Origin: Haliotis rubra
Taxonomy: Eukaryota
Reading direction: 5' to 3'
Assembly: GCF_003918875.1 (NCBI RefSeq)
Contig: NW_025767227.1
Coordinates: 434,001-498,000, forward strand
Length of the DNA: 64,000 nt
Shown: positions 36,822 through 48,136 of the stretch, one piece after another
Layout: each line of letters starts with the position of its first letter
Numbering within the stretch: the stretch's first letter is position 1
Notes under the pieces: generated by a model
Seen by the model: the letters and a program-made list of their open reading frames with translations, nothing else
Told to the model about the DNA's origin: nothing
Databases searched by the model: none
Made by a program: the position numbers and the translations under genes

Positions 36822-39604
36822 AAATACATTTCCTGGATAGAGTTGTGCCTGAAAATAAGATCATCAGGAAGTCCAATGTCAAATTTGGAAGTCAATTTGG
36901 AGAAAATTAAAATTACAGTACAAGACAACATAAGAAAAGGTATTTCAAAAAGGCAAAAATAAAAGTTTGGGCTGAAAGAAAAAAAAAATGGGAAAAGAAA
37001 AACAAATTCATCGACAAAATAAACTTTTTAGAAATAATGAAAAGCACTTCTACAGGCAACTTAAAACAAGCGGTGATGGTGAGCATGATAACCGGCCTCC
37101 CATGGATGCCAATAAAAGGTTCTGGAAATAGTTGTGGTCTGTACCCGGCGACTTTAACCTTGAGGCACCGTCGGGTCCGTGATTATGACCATGCAATGCA
37201 TGAGAAGTAACTAGGTCGTTTGTCTATTACATCTCACCAGATTGCCTGAAAAGTGTTATCAAAAAGTCCAAATCTAATACAGCTCCAGGGACTGATGGCA
37301 TTCGAAACCGGTATTGGAAACTGTTCCCCTGTGTCCAAACACCATTACTACACTGTTTCAATACTATCGTGGACACAGGTGATGTTCCTCCATGGTTCTG
37401 CAAAGGTCGCACAATACTTCTCCCCAAGAAAGGAGACTTGACTGATCCCAAAACCTTCTGCCCTATCACATGTTTGAATACACAATACAAAATATTCACA
37501 GGGTGTTTGACAGCTTACTGCTCTTCCAATATATAGTTTACAGAGAGCAGACGGGAGCAAGAAAGGGATGTTGGGGGTGCAAGGATCAACTTCTTGTACA
37601 GAAAATGATTTTGGAAGAGGCTAAAACATATCACCGCAATCTCTCCATGTGCTGGATTGACTACAAAAAAGCATACGACTCTGTCCCTCATGAATGGATT
37701 CTGAAGTCTCTGCGTTGTATTGACCTCCCTGAGCGACTACTTGATTTACTCAAGTCTTTAATGAGTTGCTGGTCGACTCAACTTGTACTCGCAAGGGCAG
37801 GTGCAGACTTCGGAATCTATTCCAATCAGAAGGGGACTTTTCAAGGGGGACTCCTTCAGTCCTTGTTTGTCTCTAAATCCTTTGAGCTTTCTGCTCAAAA
37901 AAGAGGAGAGTTACCATCCCGGACCTCCTCAGCACAGATGCCCAACACCGCTTACCCATCTCCTTTACATGGATGACATCGAGCTTCTTGCCAAAGGAAG
38001 TACCAATTTGAAAGAGCAGGTTCTCCTTGTCGAGTCCTTTTCAAATGATATTGGCATGACATTTGGGCTCGACAAATGTAATACTCTTCATTTTGAAACG
38101 TGGCAAGGTAGTTAATGATGATGGATCGGTCAAGTTACAAGGGGGAGGAGTTATTGAGCATCTTGTGGAAGATCAGGTCTACACCTATCTTGGAATGCAA
38201 GTTCGAGATAAGCTCCAAAATGCCCAGATTCAAGAAAAACTTCTGGCCGAGTACAAATCTCGCTTAAAGAAAATCTGCAGCTCAGAGCTAAATGCTCGAA
38301 ACAAGGTCAAAGCCACCAATACTTTTGCTGTGCCAGTCCTTTCCTATTCCTTTGGAGTAGTTGATTGGACAAAACAAGACATCCAGAGTCTTGACCGTCT
38401 GACCAGAAGGATCATGTCTGATAACAGAGCCCACCACCCTCGTTCCTCTCTTAACCGTTTATACATGCCAATCAATTCTGGAGGTCGGGGTTTGATTAAT
38501 GTGGAAGCTCTTCATGATAGAATTTTATTGTGTACTTTTGCACATATTAATTTATCGGATGATCCTCTGGTGATACATGTGAAGACTCATGATGAAAGCA
38601 AGGAATTCCACAGCTATTTTAAGCGTGCCAAGGTTGTTGGACAGAATCTGAGATTTGAGGTTGATGGCGATGTACTGCTGGACGGTGATGGGAGTATACC
38701 AGGTAAAGTCCTTCACCAAGTATGCCCAGATTTGATCTTTTGTGGATAAGCTTTCTGAGAAGCTATTGCATCGTGTGTACATGCAGTGTGTTGAACAGAA
38801 TAGCAATCCCACATACTCTTTCGCCTGAATAAAGTCGGCTGGTCTTAAATGTGAAACTGAGTGCTTCCTTTTTGCTGCTCAGGACGAGTCACTTCCCACT
38901 CGTATTCGCCAAAATGTGATTCTTAAAGAAAATATCAATATGAAATGTCGACTATGTAATGAATTTACAGAGACTGTCCAGCATCTTGTCAGTGGATGCC
39001 CTTCTTTGGCACAAACAGCATATCTTAAACGACATGATGGCATGGCTCGTTGCTTTTACTACCGTCTCCGCCATGTCCGTAGCTTTGACTCCGAGTTCCA
39101 TCCATGGTACGACCCTGAACATGTCCAGGGCCTCATGGAAAATGATGCTTTCAAACTTCTGTGGAATAGGCCCACATGCAGCCTCAGAAGAATTCCTGCC
39201 AACAAACCTGATCTTGTCCTTTTTGATAAAGCCAATGAATTTATTTAAATCATTGAATTTTCTGTCCCTTTTGACAGCAACGTGAATAGCGGGCTCCCAT
39301 TGTTCTTGGTGCCCTTGGTTTGGTACCTCCTGATCTCTTGGCGCAGATAAGGTGAGTGCCCGGGTTCTCCACCGGGAGCACAGCCCTTCTGACACTCTGG
39401 GTAATGCAGAAGGCTGCAGTGTTTGGGAGCCTTCATATTCTCCGGACAGTTCTTGGTGGGTTCGACTAGGCAGTGTTTCCTGGGAGAAGTCCCATTCGCT
39501 GCCTGGGCTGCGTGTAGAGGGGGCGAGGTCCCTGAGCTGATGATGACAGTGCCAGTATCACCCGAACCCTCTCTGCTGCATTTTCATCTTTAATCTGTAA
39601 AACA
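36822..39604 (+). mobile_element. R4/Dong-like RLE-type non-LTR retrotransposon, 5'-truncated and frameshifted
   Basis: RT motifs WIDYKKAYDSVPH, GDSFSP, HLLYMDD; C-terminal CRLC..ETVQHLVSGC, RHD and KPDLV restriction-like endonuclease; flanked by (TAA)n. Confidence 0.88.
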
Positions 39605-39994
39605 TAATAATAATAATAATAGTTCATTTATAAAGCGCATATTTCCATGCACAATGCATGCTCAAAGCGCTGATGTCAGGACGAAAAGGCTGTTTGGAAA
39701 AGGTGGGTCTTTAGCGATGTTCGAAAGGTTGAAAGTTCTGTAATTTCTTAATGTTGTTGGAGATGATTCCACTCTGAGACCGCAGCATAAGAGAAAGTTT
39801 TTGACCAAATTTAACTGTTCTGACTTATGGAATACACAGAAGATTATGTTTCTCGGAGAGGAGGGATCTTGTTGGTTTGTATGGAGAAAGGAGGTCGGAC
39901 AGATATTGAGGTGCACTTCCAGAGAGACATCTGAAGGCGAGAATACAGAGTGTAAAAGTGATGCGCTGTGGAATTGGCAAACAATGGAAGTCCT
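39605..39994 (-). mobile_element. L2-like LINE 3' fragment with (TTA)n tail
   Basis: Minus-strand translation LH.LPIPQRITFTLCILAFRCLSGSAPQYLSDLLSPYKPTRSL...SLKTHLF, 3' stem-loop and tattattat tail; TSD tgaacat (36808-36814, 39995-40001). Confidence 0.8.
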
Positions 39995-40052
39995 TGAACA
40001 TGTGTTTTTAACCGTTTTCAAATGGTGATAACAGGAATTTGCGAAAAGGTGA

Positions 40053-40177
40053 GTGAGTGAGTGAGTGAGTTAATATTTAACGTCACATCGGCAATATTTC
40101 AGCCATATCGTGACAAGAACATTTGATACTGAAATGAAATATATGTATATTATAAAAAACCGGCCGACGAAGGACAG
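40053..40177 (-). mobile_element. 5'-truncated retroposon 3' end (probable LINE 3' UTR)
   Basis: TSD tgcgaaaaggtga; same family as 26940-27167. Confidence 0.8.
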
Positions 40178-40723
40178 TGCGAAAAGGTGAACGAATACAC
40201 GCAGACAAGCTGAAAATAACGATAAAATATTATTATACTGTTTTGAACTAAGTAACTATTTGGAAACGTGTTCAATATCTTTAATACAAAAAGATGACTG
40301 AATGTTCTGCTGAGGCCTTAAATGTTGTCTAAGGGACACAACTCTGCACCGCGAATTCCTGCACAGTCATATCACAACACTGCACTTGTTTGCTATATCA
40401 GTAGTGTTCCTTTTTTTCAGATCAATGACGTGCATTTACAGCCTCTATAAGAGCGCGTCAGGTTAACGCTGTTAGCTGTTCTCTCCGTGGATCTCGGCTC
40501 AGTATCCCGGCCTTTGTGCTGTCCTGGCTTTGTCCCCCAGAACCAACACTTACACAGACGACGCTAGCAGAGCCAACAGCGATCAGTGTTGCTTATTAAC
40601 AGGGAATTTGAACATTCGTTGGCACGATTCGTTCTTCAGGGTAGCAGCAAATTCACGCGAGGCGTACACAGTTGTCTGGTTAAGAAAATCAGTTGCAAAC
40701 GTTGATCAAACATACTGATCAAT

Positions 40724-43700
40724 ATGGAAGGTCAACAGTAAGTATTTGTTACCTTCATTAGGTTTCTGCATCAATTCGGTGTTATTTGCTTTTACAACCA
40801 ACGAAAAATGTTTCATACACGACGATAAACGTGTTTGTTTGTTGGACAACGACTTCATTTCCTCATCACCTGCATAGCTACTGTGTGCTTCAACCATACC
40901 GCATGAGGCGAGACCATCTGGCCATTTTGAATGGCACGAATTGGTCACGAATGTACATGGTTCTGTGGTTGATCATGGTCAGGCAATCGCTACTTTCAAA
41001 CAAATGGAGCTAGCAAGGCAAATGTGTCACTGCCACTCACAGATCTTTCCGTCCTTGCAAGGTTTAAGATCTAGAACCCTAATTAGATGTAATATTGATA
41101 CTTGGTTTGTAGGCACTATAGTCATGTTTATAATTAACACCAAGCAGGCTCCTTACACAAATGACCCAAACCTCATATCATTCAAAGTGGCGTTCATTCA
41201 AACCAAACCAGTGATTCTCCACAGAACTCCCGAGATTCTCGACTACCGGAATGCGAATGGTCATGGATGGTCCTACTACAAACATGACGGCCTTCTCCGG
41301 CCGATTTTCACCACCCCTGAAAATGACATGGAAATGATCAGAAAAGTTCAGAAACTCGAACTACGGGACGATGACATGATGATAGCGGCATATCCCAAAT
41401 GTGGTAAGAAACTGCGAAAGTTTTGCAAGATTTCCTCAATAAATTATCTTTCTTAAAATGAAAAAAAAAGTTTTATGGCGGGAACGAATGTTGTTGAAAC
41501 ACGTGATGCTGTCTTTTCTGATCCCTCCAGGTACCCACTGGTTGTGGGAAATCGTCAATATGCTCAGGGCCGGTAACACCGAGTACAACAAAAAGTCGAA
41601 GGAGATGGCCATGTTGGGGGCGCCGAAGTCAGAGCGGGCTGATGAACTCCCATCACCAAGAATTCTGAACTCACATCTATATTTCCGTCTTCTGCCGGAG
41701 AAGATGGTAGAGAAGAAAATAAAAACCATCTTCATCATGCGAAATCCCAAAGATGTCAGCGTATCATATTATTGCATGATCAACGGAATGAAAACCTCGT
41801 TTAGGTTTGACGGGACATATTCAGAATATCTGAACCTGTTCTTTGAAGGGAAAAGTAAGTGATATGGAGGCGTGTTTGGGCTTAGAGCTGTGACTGCGCT
41901 GTCTGAATGTGAATCCAAACGTTGTGAAATGATGTTAAGTCAATAGGGCTTTCCAAGCTCCAACATGATACTCCCTGGCCACGGAATGGCACTGAAGAGC
42001 CATTGAATGTAGATTTATACTAACCAACATGCTGCTAACTGAATGCAGGTTTATACTGTCTGACATGCTGCTAACTGAATGTAGATTTATACTAACCAAC
42101 ATGCTGCTAACTGAATGTAGGTTTATACTAACCAACACGCTGCTAACTGAATGCAGATTTATACGAACCAACATGCTGCTAACTGAATGCAGGTTTATAC
42201 TGTCTGACATGCTACTCACTGAATGTAGATTTATACTAACCAACATGCTGCTAACTGAATGTAGGTTTATACTAACCAACATGCTGCTAACTGAATGAAG
42301 ATTTATACGAACCAACATGCTGCTAACTGAATGTAGAGTTATACTGTCTGACATGCTGCTAACTGAATGTAGAGTTATACTGTCTGACATGCTGCTAACT
42401 GAATGTAGAGTTATAATGGATGACATGCTGCTAACTGAATGTAGAGTTATACTGTCTGACATGCTGCTAACTGAATGTAGAGTTATACTGTCTGACATGC
42501 TGCTAACTGAATGTAGAGTTATAATGGATGACATGCTGCTAACTGAATGTAGAGCTATAATGGATGACATGCTGCTAACTGAATGTAGAGTTATACTGTC
42601 TGACATGCTGCTAACTGAATGTAGAGTTATAATGGATAACATGCTGCTAACTGAATGTAGAGTTATAATGGATGACATGCTGCTAACTGAATGTAGAGTT
42701 ATAATGGATGACATGCTGCTAACTGAATGTAGAGTTATACTGTCTGACGTACTGCTAACTGAATGTAGAGTCATACTGTCTGACATGCTGCTAACTGAAT
42801 GTAGAGTTATAATGGATGACATGCTGCTAACTGAATGTAGAGTTATACTGTCTGACATGCTGCTAACTGAATGTAGAGTCATACTGTCTGACATGCTGCT
42901 AACTGAATGTAGAGTCATACTGTATGACATGCTGCTAACTGAATGTAGAGCCATACTGTCTGACATGCTGCTAACTGAATGTAGAGTTATACTGTCTGAC
43001 ATGCTGCTAACTGAATGTAGAGTTATACTGTCTGACATGCTGCTAACTGAATGTAGAGTTATACTGTCTGACATGCTGCTGACTGACAATCAAGTTACAA
43101 CCTGAATGTATATTTAAGCTGGCTGACTATGGTTTAAGCTCTGCTTCGTACAACACTGTCTAAATGTGGATATAATCGTTCTTTGATACTATTCTGACTG
43201 AATGTAGGTGTATAATCTCTGAAATGCTGCTCATTGAATGTAGGTTATTGGTTCCTATCAGGGAGTGGGCTAAAACTCTCTGATGGGCTACCACTTGAAT
43301 TGGACTTAAGCCCTAATCATGGCTCCCAGATCTCTGACGCCTTGCTTTTGAGTCTTCAAATGTCCTGACATGTTGGTCTCTATTCGAAGTAATGCACTGT
43401 TAGAATGTAGGTTGACATTTTTAGCCGTGACTTACCCATGACGATTTTGCAGTTAAATTTATCTGCGGCTTCCCATCTTTGTTGTAAGCGGCGACAAAAG
43501 GGATGGCGTGGTCATGCAGGGTGACTTCACTTCAGTGTCAGGTGGAGAATCGCTTATTTCCAGACTGTCGTAGCATAGTTGAACTATTAAACAACAAAGA
43601 AATAACTGTTTGGGTGAATGTGCTTCGATGTGCTGCACTCTCTGAAAGTGGGTTAACGCGTTCTGATGTGATGGTCTCCGAATGTAGGTCTAAACCCTGA

Positions 43701-44769
43701 CGTGAGACAATTGTCTGAAGTTTTGATCTTCAAGTATCTGACGTACTGAGCCTGAGTTGGTTTCGAAGCTCCGACATGCTGCTGGCTGCTCTGCTGCTTC
43801 CCTGCTTCAGTGAGTGCTGTCTGCAGTTCTTTTCAGATAAAAACCTTTGACTGAATATTTGTTTAAGACGTTTTTCTCCATCATTTCTTCCATTGTTTCA
43901 GTTCCCGGTGGAGCTTATGCCGACTACGTGAAGGATTGGCTGCAAGTGAAACAGGACAACCCGGATTTGCCTGTCTTGACACTGTTTTATGAAAACTTGA
44001 AAAAGGTTTGTAAATTTGTACTGTTAATAACCTGCTGGACCAGTGTCCAGGCTAAATAGGCATAACTGATAACCCAAATTGTGATTTTAGGATCCTGTTA
44101 GGAACATCAAAACGGTTGCCGACTTCATTGGGGTGTCTGTCAGCGATGAACTATGTGAGCAAATAGCAGAAGCGTGCAGCTTTAAGAAGCTGAGGACGGC
44201 AGACACAGACCTGAAGGAGCATGTGGTTACTGCACCCGAAAACTGGAAGGAAGGTCACAAAGGAATCTTCAGGAAAGGTGAGTATGAGATAAACACGTGG
44301 GTAAGAGACAGGTAAGTGAAGGTCTAAAGGATTATGTTGGTTGCTGTGTTGGTCAGTGTGGTACCAAGTATGTTCCTGGTTGTTGTGTGGTAGAATAGGC
44401 TCAAGTAATTCATTGAAAAAACTATTCTACCGTAGGTCATAAATTCACCTGTACATGGGGATTAATAAAGCACCACCTGAAACCAAGTGCTTCACAAACT
44501 ATCTCAAATTCATGAATGACTTACTTACTTAAGGATTCATGTATTGCTTACACTAGGCCTGACTCAGTGTATTGGAAGACTCAGTCATATGTGCTGCTTG
44601 AGTATCCCATCTTATATTACTTGTAGTAGTTATGGACGTGTGTAATGTTGTTGTTTCAGGTGAAATTGGGGACTGGAAGAACTGGATAACTGTTGCTGAA
44701 AACGAGAGATTTGATGACGTCATTGACAGAACATTTGAAGGCACTGGCATTGTATTCACGTTTGAATAG
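40724..44769 (+). CDS. Cytosolic sulfotransferase (SULT1-like), paralog 4, 305 aa
   Basis: Exons 40724-40737, 41225-41403, 41531-41854, 43902-44005, 44091-44277, 44660-44769; intact. Confidence 0.93.
42004..43086. repeat. 36-bp minisatellite (ctgaatgtagagttatactgtctgacatgctgctaa), ~30 copies
   Basis: 12-aa periodic ORFs on both strands; intron 3 of paralog 4. Confidence 0.95.
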
Positions 44770-45458
44770 ATAACGGCTTATAAGGTGATCATGATATTGT
44801 CGTAGAACGTACATGCGAAATATCACAATTATTTGAGCATATCTGTGACTATTGATCTTAGAGAGATTTTGACCCGTGACTTCTGTATGAGAGTGAAAGA
44901 CGAGGACTGACCCAATGTTATTTGAAGATGGATGACGATGAGTGGGTGCTTTGTGTTTTACACCGCCGTGAACAGTCCATCAGTTACATCAGGGCATGTA
45001 AAATGTTTGAGGAAAGCCAAATTGACGTTTGTCAAAGGATTTTACCACTTCAGTGAAACTACAAGCTAGGAAAATGTTCCCGTGCTCACCTGATCCACTC
45101 CTAATGCATAAATACATACTTTGATTTGTAAATACATTAAATGTTACAAAGAAAATTCTGCTTATATGTAGATTTACAGTGCATTTAGCACCATTAAGTA
45201 CAACAATGCATGTATTCGGAAAAGGTATAGACTTCAAACGTGTTATTTTTTCTCTCTGTTCATCACGTGTAAAACATAAATAAAAACATACAAAATAATT
45301 GGTTTTACACGTCTGTTAATTTGGTTAGATAAGAGGCAATTAACGGGAACGGGTGGTCAGGCTTGCTGACGTGATTGACACATTTCATTGTATCCCAGTT
45401 CATTCTGTTCATCACTGGATTTTCTGACCCAGATTGGATTATTTACTGCCGTCATATC

Positions 45459-45809
45459 TCCGTGGTGTAGTGGTAAGAGCGTCCCCCAGGAGAGCCGAAG
45501 GTCGCGGTTTCGATCCCCGACCGCGTCATACCAAAAGACGTTAAAATATGGTACTTGTTGGTCCCTGCCTGGCGTTCGGCATTAATGGGTACATCAAGGA
45601 CTGGTCGGCTTGGAGTCAGTATAATGTGTCTGAGTGGGGTATTCATGCTTCACTGCGGCACGGTATCTCAGTGGGCTAGCACTATAAAACCAGCTTCAGT
45701 CTGGGCTAGTACAAGCAGCCGCACATACACATACACTCACATGCACGTCGTCATATGAGCGAAATATTCTCAAGCACGACGTTAAACCCAATTTCACCTC
45801 ACCTCACCT
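45459..45809 (+). mobile_element. Meta/MESC-like SINE (family B), nested in a degenerate family C element
   Basis: tRNA head, Meta-like domain, (acctc)n tail; TSD actgccgtcatat / actgtcgtcacat. Confidence 0.85.
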
Positions 45810-45931
45810 ACTGTCGTCACATAGCTAAAAAAAAAGTAATGTCGGAAATAGAAAAAAAAATGTATTTTCTCATTTATCTCTACAATTTATGTAGTTGATA
45901 TGTGAAAGTGTGAAATATCTGTTAAACTAAG

Positions 45932-46781
45932 TTCGGCCTAACTACAGTCTCAGTGGTAGAGAGATAGGAAACGGAGAAATGGACTTTACTGAAGGGAAAT
46001 TAGTGCAGAAATGAGCAATGCGGTTTTTTTCTAAGTCCAAAAAGACTTATTTGGAACTGACCATGGCTTTATGCAAATTAGTGTGGGACGATATTGTATT
46101 ACAAAGGACACTTTTGAAATGCCCAATTTGAAGTTAGACGTAGATTCATTATAAACGATAGCTGACGTAAAAAATAATAACTTTTATGCCGAAACTATTA
46201 AGGGTGTAGCTACCATGCAGTCTCACTGTCACTATAAAAAGAAACAGATAGGAGGGGTCGCCTCAAAAGCAAAACCTGGGGTCGGGCTTGGGGATAGAGA
46301 TATCAGCTAAGATAAGATAATCCTTTAGGGCAATTATACTGGGGAGGTACACGGCACGTCATAACAATTACAAATAATATCCAGTCCTGCCGATCTTCTG
46401 GTGGTCATGCCACCTATATACTACGATGCGTTTCTGTGGTTTTCGGGGTATCATACTCTCTTACATATCTCAACATAAACTTTATGAAAGATAGACACGT
46501 AAGATGTTAATCAGTAGATGAGACATAGTCAACACACATGAAAAAGCACAAAATATCTTTGAGATGACCCCTCGTGCCTGTAGGCAGCACGTGCATTCCA
46601 TGCCAGGTGAGTCGACAGTCCGTCGTCATACCTGGCTGAGCGACCTATTTGCCATCTATAGTCTGATCTATTGTTTTCAGCAGCTATTCGTATTTTTGCT
46701 AAGTTTTGCCCGATTTTACGAGTAAAAATGCTTTTCTGGATGTCGTATTACGCATCCCACTGAACGCCCAGTTAGGCCGAA
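45932..46781. mobile_element. Putative non-autonomous DNA transposon
   Basis: Perfect 12-bp inverted repeat ttcggcctaact / agttaggccgaa extended by cagtgg / ccactg; exact ends and superfamily unresolved. Confidence 0.5.
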
Positions 46782-47343
46782 TTGGGTTATTTCGACATAT
46801 GCTATTTGCAATTGTGTCAATTTTAGGGATACTTTACTATTATTTTTTTTTTTAATAGTATATGGTTGCGTTAGGCGTTAGACAACAAACAAGTAGTATG
46901 GTTAGAGGGTCATCGGTGTGACGAACGAACGCTTTAACCACTAGACTACCCCACGAGTTTTGATAATACTTTCAGATGAAGTGTATATCTGAACAAGCAT
47001 CAAACACAGACTGATTGAGAGCGTTAATTGATATTCCAGTTAAATCACTGCACCAGACTGAATTTATGTCAGTAGGAAAACATAGAGCGTAAGGCAGGTC
47101 GAAGACGCTATTTTACCCCTGTTGCAGTCTAATGTAAACATATCATAGTTCACTATCGGAGCAACTCTGGGATTCAGACTGTTGACTTTCCACGTCGCTG
47201 TTTAATCTGTGTGCACCCCCAAGCTAGGCCTGCACGTAGACCCAGTCATGCACAAGATAAAACTGAGTTGAGGCACTTCAATGTTGTTAAAGTAACCTTT
47301 TTTTTTATAGTAATCGTCAGTGTCAACTCTGTCTAAGCACGTT

Positions 47344-47649
47344 ACTAGGTCAACTCAACTTTTGGGACACCCCTTTTATGACCTGCGGTCATGCACGTGA
47401 ATTGCGCTCTGAGCTAACCCGTAAGCTGTTACGTTTACTGCGACTACACCCCGTCTCTTGACATCAAAACAAACAGAAATTTTAATGATAGCTACTTAAG
47501 TAACTTTTCCCCAAGTGACCAACAAAGTTAAAACTATTTTCTTATTACGTCAAACGGGATCATAAAGATATACGTTAATGACATGTGGTCAACTGGTGTT
47601 ATTTGGAAGATATTTCACAAAAGGGGTGTCCCAAAAGTTGACAGACTAG
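47344..47649. mobile_element. MITE-like element
   Basis: Perfect 23-bp inverted repeat tcaacttttgggacacccctttt (47355-47377 / 47619-47641). Confidence 0.7.
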
Positions 47650-48136
47650 AGTCTTCTTCATTCAGTCCTTGGTTAGAGACAGTCCCAGTTGCATATTGCA
47701 CATTGTGGTGACACACGTGTCAAGAGAGGTCCCAGTACTTTATTGCTTGTTGTGAGGACACGTGGGTTTGAACTTTACCACGATGCATTTAGATCAGCAG
47801 CAAGGGACGCAACTATGCACAACGAATATGCTGTACGTGTTTGTTATGTCAATAGCAGACACTTTTTCCAATCCATGATTAGCATTTTCAGCCTTGATAA
47901 GAGCGTGTCAGGTGGACTGAAATAGCTGTTGGGTGGATCTCGGCTCAGCACCCTGTACCTTGTACTGTCCTGGTCCCCTGGAACCAACACTTACACAGGC
48001 GATAGGAACAGTGCTACTTATTAACAGGGATCTTGAACATTGGTTTCTTCAGCGTACCAGCAAAGTCACGCGAAACGGACACAGTTGTCTGTTAAAGAAA
48101 GTCAGTTACAAGCGTTGATCGCACGTTCTAATCAAA

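Noticed and set aside
39537-39580. Hammerhead ribozyme (ctgatga...cgaa) in the R4/Dong-like 3' UTR
   Set aside because: GAAA is incomplete and no convincing stems I-III could be built by eye.
40941-41224. Extended N-terminus for paralog 4 from ORF 40941-41456
   Set aside because: This is intron 1 sequence, closed by stops in the paralogs; the conserved micro-exon at 40724 supplies the start.
41935-43105. Long repetitive ORFs (384 aa and 262 aa) on both strands
   Set aside because: By-product of a stop-free 36-bp intronic minisatellite; the same applies to ORFs at 12235-13014, 27983-28774, 35345-36148, 52769-53593 and 61046-61423.
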